From Octopus bimaculoides (taxonomy: Eukaryota), in assembly GCF_001194135.2 (NCBI RefSeq), contig NC_068984.1:18047765-18111764 (forward strand): a DNA stretch of 64,000 bases, given 5' to 3'. Shown here one piece after another: positions 37,246 to 49,497 of this stretch. The notes under the pieces were generated by a model, which saw only the letters and a program-made list of their open reading frames with translations, was not told the origin of the DNA and did not search any database. The position numbers and the translations under genes were made by a program. The first letter of the stretch is position 1, and every line of letters begins with the position of its first letter.

Positions 37246-39464
37246 ATATATATATATATATAGTTTTGAAAAAATTTGAACAATAACATGACTATATTTC
37301 CAATAATATAGACTGGTCGTTTTAATAAATTAACAGAAAAAAAAAAAAGAAAAACAGAAAATTTGGGTTGGATTTTATAAAATAGCCTTTTATCTGTTGG
37401 TATATATATAAAGCTAGTATCTGGAATTAATTTAATGAAAGGTTCTTATATAAAATCATGAATGGAGAGGGGTTCTAATTTGGATGTGGATACTTTAAAT
37501 GTATTTTGTCATAGAATCTGAGGTGATCTAAGGCAGATTAGTATCAAAAGAGTTTCATAAATGCATAATATATATATCTTTTTACCTGGGTGTTAATCTG
37601 TATTGTTTGATACTCTCCTACATACATGTGTAATATATTTCATTGACTTAATGAAGTTGAATCCATATGATATCCTAACACTGCAGTACTGTTAGAATAG
37701 GGCGTGGGTTGGGGTGTACAAAAAACATCCATGTTAAAATAGATATGGAAACTGCATGGTAAAGAATTTTCTGTAGAAAATGAATTATAACTGTTTCAAA
37801 ATTTGAGTAAAAAAATCATTAAAATATTTGAATATTTTACTTCATTGTTACATTTATTGCTAATGAATATGAATGTAAGCTGCTTTTTTTATGTAGTTAG
37901 TGAAATATGCTTTCTATTCATTCAGCTTACTGCTTTGTTTACATTGTTCAGTCACTTTGCTTCTGATGCGTCTTTATATAGTTGTTGCTTTTTACCTTGC
38001 TTCTTTTAAATCTTATTTTGTATTTTTACAAATGGACAGAATACCCAGGTTTTTTAAAACCCATATATTCATTTTAATTTATCTCTGACATGAGTAGTCC
38101 ATTGCTGATTTGATATATATTTTTCCCCACAAGTATTTTCTTTCTGTTCATAGTCAATCAGCTAAATGTTTTTATTTAGTATCGGAATAATCTTAAAAGA
38201 AAAAAAGTATTGTTTAATGGTAATTGTATTGATTTTTAATATGTTGTTTTATTTCTTTATTAAGAAGCTTTAATGTTCTCTATATATTTCTGCACAAAGT
38301 AATTAAAATACAATATAAAACTGAATAAACAATATGTGCAGTTTTGTACATGAAAAAGATTAATAATCTCTTAAAATCTGTCCATTTGTTATTGCTGAAA
38401 CTTGCTTAACTGCTATACATGTAAAAGAAGGCATTTTTCATTTGAAGCAAATATATTTTGTTGATCACGAACCATATCAATGTCTGTATAAAAGAACTGA
38501 TGGCTTTCAGCTTTTAAGCAAAAAAAAAAAAAAAAAAATCCTTTCCCAGTTTGAAGCCAAAATTGATTTTCTTTTATATTAGTTTAGTTTAATGAAAGTG
38601 ATTTCTAAGTTTGGTTTACTCATTAGTTCTGAAATACCCTGGGGCCTCTGTAAAATTATATACATTTAGTTTACTTGATCAGTGGTAATATTATAAAAAT
38701 CTTCAGTAATTTTTTCGTCTGAAAACAGATAGTTGTTCATTATTTTAGATATTGAAGTATTGAATTGCCAAACAATTAACTACTTTCTAATTTTGCTTGG
38801 TGACTGCTTCATCTTTCATTATTTTATAAACTTTTTCTTCAACTATACACAAGCACATTTTCCAAAAAAGGATATAGTAGATTGCATCACCTTATGTATA
38901 TTACTACCATGATATTTCATTGCCCTGGGGGCATTTTGGATCACAGAACAGTGAAAATTATTGATACTGTATACATTAAAGTATCCATGTGTGTTTGTTA
39001 CCTTTAAATTATTTTATTTTAAAATATTGTCTTTTATCTAAGCTCAAAGCTATAAATCACTTTGGGGAAAATTGTGTTGTGATGTTTGATTTCTGCAAAT
39101 ATTGGCACAACCAAAGTGCAAATAACTTCAGCTAGGAGTCAGAATTGGAATATGAACTCGACTCAGCAGAACTTCCTCTATGGTGCCTGTCATATTAAAA
39201 GAACAAGTAATTGGAGAGTGAGAAAATATGTTACCATATTAATTTCAACATTTTATATTGGTAAAATACTGCTGGCTGTTGATTTTTCTCTTCGAATTTC
39301 CTGTGATAATCTATGAATAGTGTGTACCTACATTAATTATCAATTTTAGCTGTAATGAGCTGATTATTGATGAACAACAATTGATTAATTTGGGACTATA
39401 CATGCTGGAATAACTTGAACTTTTTTTTTTTTTTTTTTTTTTTTTACTAATTATATTTAATTGA

Positions 39465-39625
39465 TTTCTGACCTAGGCACAAGGCCACAAATTTTGGGGG
39501 AAAGAAACCATTGATTATATCAAACTTTGATGAAAAGCCAACTCCACCTCAGCAGTGATCAAATGCAGAAAATAAAGTGTGACACGTACGAGACATTTTG
39601 TCTGTGGCTCTGCCAGTTTTGCCAT
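39465..39625 (-). mobile_element. Degenerate SINE family C2
   Basis: ttgatttctgacctaggcacaaggcc...ctctgccagttttgcca. Confidence 0.6.
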
Positions 39626-39830
39626 AGTATTAAACTGAACTGTTAAGTCAATACGAACAGAAATAAATTTAAAAAATATGTTGAAGTTGAATACATTAAA
39701 AATTTATTTTTGCACTATTATTGAGAATCAAACAAATTGTTTGACTTAAAGAAAAATAACACACCTTCATATATAAATTACAATGAGTGAAATAACTTAA
39801 CCTTTTGTATATATGTGTGCAATAGAATAT

Positions 39831-40056
39831 GATATTAACAGGAAGTTACAAGGCATCAAGTCATTTATTATATATTTATACAGAAGAGAGTTCAGAAATA
39901 TATAAATACAGTAGAAAACCAAGAGAATCTAGAGAGTGAAAGTTAATGTTGATTCACTCTGGTTTTTTTCATATGCTGTATTTGTATATTTCTTTACCCT
40001 CTTTTGTATAAATATATTATAAATGACTTGATGCTTTGTAACTGCCTATTCATATC
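39831..40056. repeat. Foldback inverted repeat (MITE-like palindrome)
   Basis: Arms 39831-39888 and 39999-40056 match at 52 of 58 positions without gaps, with further gapped complementarity inside. Confidence 0.93.
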
Positions 40057-40908
40057 TTATCCTAATATACCTACATTAGCTTAACTTGTATATCGCCTCC
40101 AGCCAACTCTTATTTCTGCAGACCCTGTATTCCCTCACTTAACATTGGATTTTAGGCAGTGGGTCTGGTCTGGACACTTAATGTGTGTACCTATTATGTT
40201 ATAAGATTTTTTGACATTTTCCTGCCTATTATATCATATTATATCCTATTATATTATATTATAAAGTGGCTTAAGGCAAGCAAAGTTCAAGGAAATTGTG
40301 GTGGTCTTGGTAAAAAATCAGTTCAATAAAGTCATATATTGCAAGAGAATTTTAATCTTTATAAGGGGATTTTTCATTTGAGAGGGAATAAGAAGTGTAG
40401 TAAAAGATTATAGGACTGAAAACTGTAAAAGAATTATGGAGGACAGATCAGCAGGCAGAGAGGATTGTAGTAGGTCAGAGGTCAACAGGAAAGAAATAAC
40501 AAAGAGAAAAATCATTTTGTGATTCCCCCTTCTCTCAGTTAGTCACCTTCATCTGATGTGTGGGTATTCTTGTATACTTGAAATATAAACATTCATTTCT
40601 TATTTTGTAAACTTTTAATTAGTAAAGGTTTCCCTTTAATTTTGATTTCACAAATTATTATTTAGAAGTTGCTAATAGTGTTTCTAGTATTGTAATTTGT
40701 ATATGAATCATAGGGATATAACAGAGACTTTTTTGTTTTCTTTCTGTAGGTAGTCTGTATGTTAAGATTGAGTAGACTTTCTGACTCATACACTAGAGAC
40801 AAAGCTCTTATCCCACAAAATTAATTCAATTGGCTTCTTGAATTCATTAATCTGTAAATAAAGGCAGCTAAGAATCTCATTTGTAATGGTTAATGGCATA
40901 ATATATAT

Positions 40909-40960
<52 letters not shown>

Positions 40961-41423
40961 NNNNNNNNNNNNNNNNNNNNNNNNNNNNNNNNNNNNNNNN
41001 NNNNNNNNNNNNNNNNNNNNNNNNNNNNNNNNNNNNNNNNNNNNNNNNNNNNNNNNNNNNNNNNNNNNNNNNNNNNNNNNNNNNNNNNNNNNNNNNNNNN
41101 NNNNNNNNNNNNNNNNNNNNNNNNNNNNNNNNNNNNNNNNNNNNNNNNNNNNNNNNNNNNNNNNNNNNNNNNNNNNNNNNNNNNNNNNNNNNNNNNNNNN
41201 NNNNNNNNNNNNNNNNNNNNNNNNNNNNNNNNNNNNNNNNNNNNNNNNNNNNNNNNNNNNNNNNNNNNNNNNNNNNNNNNNNNNNNNNNNNNNNNNNNNN
41301 NNNNNNNNNNNNNNNNNNNNNNNNNNNNNNNNNNNNNNNNNNNNNNNNNNNNNNNNNNNNNNNNNNNNNNNNNNNNNNNNNNNNNNNNNNNNNNNNNNNN
41401 NNNNNNNNNNNNNNNNNNNNNNN
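40961..41423. other. Assembly gap (N), preceded by (TA)n(CA)n
   Basis: Run of N. Confidence 1.
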
Positions 41424-41759
41424 TTAAAGGAATAAAGTCTTAAAGGAATTTACAGATAACCTTTTTATTTTTAATTGAATGTTAGTTACTTAATTGAATC
41501 CAGCTTAGCTTTTGTATTTCAAAAATTTCTGATAAACAAAAACATCAGAGCTTAGAAGCAATAATAATTGTTTTGGAATTTTTTTTTAATAATATATTTT
41601 GGTTTCATTTATGTATGATGTGACATATATGTGTTACTAACATAAAATTAATAACTTTTAATTTCATTAAAAACACACTACTTAGAAAAAAGGCTTGGGA
41701 AGGCATCTTTGAATTGAGATAAAGGAAACAATACTGAAATGAATTTAAATTAAACATAA

Positions 41760-42005
41760 GCACATGTATAGCCATGTTCGGCAGTTCACCTTTTAAAATG
41801 TGGTTCTGAGTTCAGTCTATCTCATTGTATGGTATCCGGTGTGAGTCTTATGCTATAGCCCAAGATTAGCCAATTCCTTGTTAGGAGAATTTGGTAGATA
41901 GAAAATATGCAAAAGCCTCTGTGTGTAGTATGTGTCTGGGAGGGGTATGTTTAGGTCTTGTCTTGGTGATACCCCAACATGGCCACAATTCATTAGCCGG
42001 AACAA
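41760..42005 (+). mobile_element. Old family-A SINE
   Basis: tggttctgagttcagtc...gctatagccc...atttggtagatagaaa...aacatggccacaattca. Confidence 0.6.
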
Positions 42006-42178
42006 AAAAAAAATAACCCCATGTTTATTCATTCTTACAATATGTTAATATTCCATAGTGTACACCAAATATTTGATTCTTCCACTGTAGAAATATATAT
42101 TGGTGGAATTCAAACTCAGAACATAGAGCGGGACAAAATTCTGCTAAGCATTTTGCCCAGCCACTAACCATATAAAAA

Positions 42179-42209
<31 letters not shown>

Positions 42210-42571
42210 GCCTCTGTTTTTCACTCTAAGGCTTAATCAAAGTTAAGGTAAGTTTTAGATAGTCATTAACATATTTGGAATGTTGTATATGCAAATCCTA
42301 ATACCTAGTTTTCAGTGACACATTAATTCATTTTGCAAATTTTTGCTTCATCTTATGGGTAGTCTTAATGCACAGCTAAAATTAACCATTTAAAAAAGAA
42401 AAAAAATGATTTACATGCATCTATTCTCGAAACCATAATGTCTTCGGCTTGGGTAGATGGAAATATTTGCTTCATGTGAAAACTTGCATCACTTGGCATT
42501 TAAACTTTATTAAAGAGCTTTGCATGATATTCTTAGTGTCTTATGCAACATTTATTTTTCCCCCTGCACAG

Positions 42572-42616
42572 CAGCATTCAAGCAGTTCCCAAAGTACGCT
42601 CTCCTTCACAGGATAT
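42572..42616 (+). CDS. Candidate 45-nt cassette exon of an unidentified gene
   Basis: tttatttttccccctgcacag| 45 nt |gtgagt; open in all three frames; TGCATG at 42521 and 42679. No homology recognised. Confidence 0.35.
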
Positions 42617-43645
42617 GTGAGTAAAGAAAAATTTTTTGACTTTTTCTGTTTAAATAATGTGGCTTGCTTTTTGAATCATGCATGATTTATTGAAAAATAT
42701 TCCCCATATCTAAAATATGGCTTCAAAGTTTGTTTTACTTTTTACACATGATTTTGTTTTTCTTCATATCACGCCATGTATCAAATTAGACATGTTAGTT
42801 AATGAATTCAGACATTAGGCACACATTTATTTTGATGGCGTCATCCTCAGTTTTTAAGGACACGATTTAGTCATTCCAGATGTAGTTGTATGAAGTTGAT
42901 TCTTTGTGAAAACAAATTTGGAACGCTTCTGTTTGTTATATCAACATAGAAAGTTCACATACCTGCCTGTTATTGACATTAATTGCATAAATGATTGATT
43001 CAGCGATAAAGTTTAATGTTTCAAGATTTTACTTACCTGTCAATATCTATCTATTGATTTTAAGCTATGTACTCCTACATGATTACCAGCACACAATCCT
43101 TGCTCATTCATTAGTCATTGTAGATAGTTATTACTGTTACAAATTATCTGATCTTTTGATAATTAATTTAATTGCAGAGTAGGAAGTTGATATAGATAAT
43201 GATATAGGCATTTTATTATGATACCTTTCCCATGAAACCATGTTGACATTGCGAGTATTCTTAAGAAATATGGTTTAACAAAATTAAGCAAAAGTAAGCT
43301 AGTTAATCAGAAATACCAAAGAAATAAAAACATCCATTGAATTACACACTACTCATTTTAAATATAATGTTGAAATATCCATGGAAACTTTTATATTAGT
43401 AAATTGACTCTCTTTGAATGATATTCAATGCGAATCACATTTTGCAACAGATTTAATTAGTAAGATTATTCATCTATCTAATTTTACCCGAAATTATGAT
43501 TTGGGTTTCTTTGTTTAGAGCACATATTTATAAGACTGAATTTCTTTCGATTCACCTTTTTATATCAGGAGATCAGTACATATGTCTAATTAATAAAATT
43601 GAGTTTGAGTTTAGTTCAATAACTGCCAAAGTGTATACTGTATTG

Positions 43646-43886
43646 CTGTGGTTCTCAATCTATGGATCCCTTTGATTTCTGTTTTACTTAAGTGGACCCT
43701 CTTAGCCATTCAATGTTTCAAAAAATCCCATTATATTTTTGGAATAAAATATTATTAGGAACTGCATAAAAAATTAAGATGTTTGGTGCATTGAAGAAGT
43801 ATAAGCAATTTATTGCACATGAATTTCAACAAAAAAATTTTCTATGGGCTTCCAAGGGTCATATGCACCCCAGTTGAGAACCACTG
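43646..43886. mobile_element. hAT (Charlie-like) MITE, 241 bp
   Basis: TIRs CTGTGGTTCTCAA / TTGAGAACCACTG and an imperfect 8-bp TSD, CTGTATTG / CTGTAGGG. Confidence 0.85.
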
Positions 43887-45104
43887 CTGTAGGGTCTCAA
43901 TCAAATGACTAATATCTCAACCCGAATTCTTGTAAATTTGGCACAAAGTAGAGTAAAACATTGTGGCTTAGAAAATAGGGAAAAATTACAGCTAAGCTGA
44001 TACTGTGTGAATGTGCAACAGGTGTGCATTTTTAGCATGTACAAGCTCTTTCAGTAAATTTATATCCTCAGCCTTTTCTGAGTTCTTATATATTTTAGAG
44101 TTACATTATGCATTCAGCAGACATTTCATGTTCTTACGTATGTTCTAAAGGTCCACATTTTCCACGATATACAATAACACATTTCTGACATATAAGTCAC
44201 ACAATGCCTTTTTAGTATAAAAGATTAAAGAGATTCGAGAATTTGAAGATAAGACGAAAACACTATTGACCACAGTGTAAGATTAATCAAAGAAAAAGTA
44301 ATGGAAGCTTGTTATTGAACGGCGTTGTGCTAAATGAGATAAAGAAAGAAAGTAAGAAAAATAATATATTAATATATAATGACTTTGGAAGAATGACTCA
44401 GCAGAGAAAATAGTTTGTACTGTTCATATTGATCTACAGAACAAAATTCTATTTTAACCTTTTAAGATATCTGGTTGAAATGAATTTCTTTTGTTACAGT
44501 TTTATTGATAATTTATTTTTATAAAATGTTTTGTATGTCAGAGATATTATGTTACTGATATAGTCAGTTTGTTTTGAGTTCATTCATATCACAGTTTTGT
44601 CTTTAATATTCTGTCTATGTTAGTATTTGTTTTAGCTCCTTAACTTTACTGTTTTTGTTTGTAACAATCTTTGTTCGTATTTCTCTCCCTGCTCTTTTTT
44701 TTTTAAATCTTCATTTGAGGAGGGGAGCTAACAAATGGCTTACCTGAACAAAAAAGAAATAGTACAAGCAGAAAGATATATTTTTTCAACGCGTAATTAC
44801 TGATAGAACAGCATATATAGGATAAAGTCCTTATAGAGCAGAAAAATTTGTCAGCAACCAACCATATGATGTAAAAATGAAATTATTTACCAGGCTATTT
44901 TATAACTGTTTCACTCATTTCAGTCATTAGTCATGGTCATGAGAAGGCATGACCATGGTTTAGCCAATCATATTGAACCCAGCATTTATTTTAGTTTGGC
45001 ATTTGTTTTATTGATGTCTATTTGTCGAATTGCTAAGTAACGTGATAGAAAGAGAAAGTGGCACAGTGCAAACAACTCTAGGTTTTAGACATAGATGGTT
45101 TCTC

Positions 45105-45305
45105 TCTCACACACACGCACATGCATACATAAAAATATGCACATGCTGAGCTTCTGTGCAGTTTCTGCCTATCAAATTGCACTAATGTAATATTGGTTGA
45201 CCTAATGGTATCGTAGAACACATCCTAGGTACCATTCAGTGGGATTGAACTCACTATGAAATGGTTGCAAAGTGAACTTTTTAAACACGTAACTATACCT
45301 GCCTG
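45105..45305 (-). mobile_element. Old family-A SINE 5' half
   Basis: gcttctgtgcagtttctgcctatcaaatt...cagtgggattgaactc...tggttgcaaagtgaac. Confidence 0.65.
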
Positions 45306-46029
45306 CACATATCATATATCTATGTAACTATTTACGATATTAGAAATATTTTACATATGAAAGGGGTTAATAATTGTGTGTGTGTGTGTGTGTGTGCGTC
45401 ACATAGGCATACATATAGCAATTTTTCTATTGTGCATTCCATTATATATGCTGATCTAGATAAGTTCTCTTCTATAATTATACACTTAGAGCATTGTGTA
45501 GAAATAATTTAATCAATATTATTACATTGAAATAAATTACAAGAATCTATAAAGCCATAAATTCTATATGCATGTGTGTATATACCTGTGTGTTGTATCA
45601 CCGTGTTTTGTCACTATGTGAGGATACAATGATGAAATTTGATTTAAACAATGTTAAAATCTATTTCGATACTTCTAATTTTCATGTTGCTGGCTTATAT
45701 ATTTTTGTTTCTTTAGATTTACATTTTCAATTTAAATCCTGATTAGCTTTGCCTATGCAACAAGCAGCTCTTAGTAAATTCCTTTCAGAATGATCATTAT
45801 CTGGAAACTACAGTTGTCTCACTTTTAATGATTGTATTTCAAGTAATCAAGGCAAGAATTATGCTATTTATTCTTGGGTTCTGGTGCTATTTGTTCTATG
45901 ATTAGCTGCTAAGAACGGTGACTTCTTTTACAGTAAGCCTAGCTTGAATGATGAATTCTTTAGGAGGTTATTTTTATTTATTTCTATAAATCTTACTTTT
46001 TTAATTTTAATCAATTTATAACACATAAT

Positions 46030-46275
46030 GTGAGGGTGCATGGCCTAGTGGTTGGTGGTGTTGCACTCACAAATTGCAAGATCATGGTTTCAATTCCAGC
46101 ACTGGGTAGTATGTAGTGTTCATGAGTAAAATGATTTATTTTTACATTGCTTCAGTTCACTCAGCTATCAATGAGTAACCCTGGCATCCTGTCCAGGAGG
46201 AATATAGTGGTTTTGGTCACTCACACACCATAGAAAACAGATAACTGGCCCCATGAGCCCTAGGACTCAAAACAA
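46030..46275 (+). mobile_element. SINE family D/F copy
   Basis: gggtgcatggcctagtggtt...ggtttcaattcc...ttcactcagctatcaatgagtaaccctggcatcctgtccagg. Confidence 0.75.
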
Positions 46276-46355
46276 TGATGTCCAGCAAACCTGCTTTACT
46301 TTTTTTATTTTCTATAATATGAAAAACCCCTTAGTTGTTGTAAGAATTGTACACA

Positions 46356-46733
46356 TTTACTCTTTTACTTGTTTCAGTCATTTGACTGTGGCCATGCTGG
46401 AGCACCACCTTTAGTTGAGCAAATCAACCCCAGGACTTATTCTTTGTAAGCCTAGTACCTATTCTATTGGTCTCTTTTGCTGAACCACTAAGTTATGGGG
46501 ACGTAAACACACCAGCATCGGTTGTCAAGCGATGTTGAGAGGACAAACACAGATACACAAACACACACACATTTATACAATGGGCTTCATTCAGTTTCCG
46601 TCTACTAAATCCACTCACAAGGCTTTGGTCGGCCCGAGGCTATAATAGAAGACACGTGCCACACAGTGGGACTGAACCCGGAACCATGTGGTTGGTAAGC
46701 AAGCTACTTACCACACAGCCACTCCTACGCCTT
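46356..46733 (-). mobile_element. SINE family A, full length, young
   Basis: Nearly colinear reverse complement of 5206-5607. Confidence 0.92.
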
Positions 46734-46930
46734 TGTCTATCATTTCATTTCAAAAATGATTATGGTATGAAATACATAAAAAAAAATTTTCTTGTGTTTA
46801 ATTAGTCACACAAAGCAACATTTAATAAAACATGCATGTGCAATCGTATTTAACACATTCATGTATGCTTGGATATGAGAAGGCACTTTGCAGTGGAAAT
46901 ATTCGCAGTAGAAACTTTTCTGTGTTGGCA

Positions 46931-47245
46931 ATCATCATCATCATCATTTAACATCCATTGTCCATGCTGGCAGGGGTTGGGTGGTTTGACAGGAGCTGAT
47001 AAGCTGGAGAGCTGCATGAGGCTTCAGTTGTCTGTTTTGGCATGGTTTCTACGGCTGGAGCCCTTCCTAATGTTAACCACTATACAGACTATATATACAC
47101 TATACTGGATGCTATTTTTACTTGGCACCACCATAAGTGCTTCTTATGATGTGGTGCTGGTGTGGTTGCTATTTTATGTGGTTCCAGCAGGTGTTTTTTA
47201 TGTGGCACCATCATGGTACTTTTTACGTCACACTAGCACATAAAA
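46931..47245 (-). mobile_element. SINE family B with internal tandem subrepeats
   Basis: (CAT)n tail, ttctacggctggagcccttcctaatg, and repeated ttttatgtgg..ccagca units. Confidence 0.8.
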
Positions 47246-47516
47246 TATATATAAGATATGACTTAAGAACAGCGAATTGCACATTTGTTGATGCACACAA
47301 AGCTTGATAAAATAAACTTTCCTGGGATTATTTCTGCAGTTAAAGGTCTTCTCACATTCTGGTGTATATGAATATATTAAATATAATTATACGTGCATAT
47401 ATTTTATTCAAAGCTGCTCTGTGTGACTTAAATCAGGCCTGACTATGCTCTGCACATATCAGCAAATGTACAGTTTGCTTTTCTTATACATAAGGACAAC
47501 TATTCTTACCGGGTTT

Positions 47517-47563
47517 TCATAACTGATGATGTGGAGCAACACAGAAATGCATGCATTCTGTGA
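47517..47563 (+). ncRNA. Minimal type I hammerhead-ribozyme-like motif
   Basis: TCATAA-CTGATGA-TGTG(GAGCAA)CACA-GAAA-TGC(AT)GCA-T-T-CTGTGA. Intact CUGANGA and GAAA cores, 4-bp stem II, palindromic stem III, 5-bp stem I. Non-canonical U10.1-A11.1 pair and A2.1-C1.1 mismatch. Confidence 0.6.
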
Positions 47564-48195
47564 TCTGATGACAACATTCATATCCCGATCTGGTTCCATC
47601 CATATTGTCTATGAGGAGAATTTCCTCCCGAGACTAACTATTTCCACAGCAGACAGTCTTCCCACATCTGAATACACAAACTTGTTAAACACGATTGTAC
47701 ACATCTGCTTTTTATATTTGTTTCACAAGATTCTTGATGTGAAACCGGGTTTTCAAGCAAATACTGTGGTATATTTAGAGGGTCATTTTACTGATAAAAA
47801 ACACAGGTACATTGATTAATTTGTGAGTCTTTCACCTCATAATTGTGATCTTTTCAATGACTTCTTTCTAGAACTATTTGTCTTCATTTTTGTGTCTGGT
47901 ATTTATATGTATTTAAGAGTGTGTGTGTGTGTGTGTGTTATGTTGCAGTGTGTGCTTATGGTGGTGAGTACCTACGTATGTATGTGTTTTCTTTTGTTTT
48001 TATGTGTTTGTGTGTGTATAAGTTAAGGAGAAATTACTGAGTGTCACATATGAAAATTTCTTAATTAAAATTACCCTTTTAAGTGGAGTAGGGGAAAAAA
48101 AAAAAATTAACAGCAACTGTTTGTGACTACCAAAGAAAAGTTGGTTTATTTGTTTAGGTGACTTAAAATCCAATTTTATTTTGCAGGTAAGGACA

Positions 48196-48236
48196 GCTAT
48201 GGGCATATTCACCCTATTAAAACTCATCAGCATAGT
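48196..48236 (-). ncRNA. Decayed hammerhead-like motif, family copy 1
   Basis: Minus strand ACTATG-CTGATGA-GTTT(TAATA)GGGT-GAATATGC-C-CATAG; perfect 5-bp stem I. Confidence 0.5.
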
Positions 48237-49072
48237 ATAGTCGTAACAAACCTGTCAATCATTTAGTATAAGTTATTAGATATAGAAATTGAGTTATAAA
48301 TAATTTGTGATAATTATGATTTGCATAATTAAAGATCAAATGAGGTAAGGGAAACAATTGGACAAGGTCATTGGCTTGAATTTGGATAATTGAGTTAATT
48401 AAGGTGGTTATGTATTGAATGCTATATGAGAAAATATGTAAATTGAAAATTGCTTTTTTGTTGGTGAATGAAAACAAAATGCCTGAGGTAATTGCTAACA
48501 TCTCTCAAAGAAGAGGGGACGTAATTTTTAGAAATTACAAATAATTCTCTTAAAGTTTATTTTACATATTGAAGTAGAAAGTCTTTCCAGTGTAACTTCT
48601 GTACTAAAACTCTGCCTATTTTTCCATCTCCAGCTTAAAGAGAGCTCAGCAGATAGCTATATTCACAAAACCTTTGTACAATATAATTAATACTAATAAG
48701 AATTTTATGCAATTAAATTTTAACAACAAAATTAATTCATTATAGCAAACTATATATAACAGTTGGCAATAGAAACAATTTAGGAAAATATTAAAAAAAT
48801 GTGACAATGTAACACATTACTTCACACATAGTTAGCACATTTGTTAAATTGCCAATTTTATTATATATTTTGTTGTAATCAAATTTTATCATTATAAAAT
48901 TTAATCGAAAACATAATTGAAATTTTATGAAGTACAATCACTGCTATCTGTTGAAATTCTCCATGGTTAGAGATAGAAAAGTAACTCAGAGCTTTGATGG
49001 ACAAAAGTAGGTTGCTGTTCAAAATTGTATGAGCGTCAAGGGAAGCCTAATGTTAGTCTGAAGTAAAAGACA

Positions 49073-49114
49073 ACTGTGAACATGTTTCGGGCTATTACAC
49101 CTCATCAACATAGT
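49073..49114 (-). ncRNA. Decayed hammerhead-like motif, family copy 2
   Basis: Minus strand ACTATG-TTGATGA-GGTGTAATAGCCC-GAAAC(AT)GT-T-CACAGT. Confidence 0.55.
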
Positions 49115-49220
49115 ATAGTCTGCTCAAGCCAGCTTGATCAGTTGACAGTACAGCTTTCAGTACACATGTCTTGTCTCTGCTATGCCTTTGACATATTTCA
49201 CTTCTTTCTTGTAGCTGATA

Positions 49221-49403
49221 TACCGTAATTTAATGTATATAAAGAACCCTTTTCTGTCAAAAATTAGGTTAAAAAAATATGGGAGTTTCTTAAACATGGA
49301 TAGTATTATAATCCCTTACAAAACCTTTTTTCCAAATTTTAAGCCCCCAAAATTAGGGGGTTCCTTATATGCGAGGGTTCCTTATACACATTAAAATCCG
49401 ATA
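49221..49403. mobile_element. Tc2/pogo-like MITE
   Basis: Imperfect TIRs TACCGTAATTTAATGTATATAA / TTATACACATTAAAATCCGATA, with a subterminal gggttccttata duplication. Confidence 0.65.
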
Positions 49404-49497
49404 ATTGTTTACTTATGCAAATTATAATGGCCAAAATATTATCCGTAATTCATTTTCTGAATGTGAAAATCATTATCAACTAGTGTGAGCAGACTTT

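Noticed and set aside
39086-39316. ORF or exon ELEYELDSAELPLW
   Set aside because: Weak acceptor, no good donor and an early stop; no recognisable homology.
44929-44960. Perfect 10-bp hairpin CATGGTCATG/CATGACCATG
   Set aside because: One arm matches repeat family E (gccatgaccat); too short to support a function.
48160-48192. ttttattttgcAG|GTAAGG as a recursive splice site or end of a 29-nt exon
   Set aside because: The gtaaggacagctatg part is homologous to the flank of the hammerhead repeat family (gtaaaagacaactgtg at 49063), so it is probably repeat-derived.
48695-48905. Possible older foldback (taaatttt...ttggcaat / attgccaa...aaaattta)
   Set aside because: Gapped, roughly 70% match in extremely AT-rich DNA; cannot be separated from background without computation.
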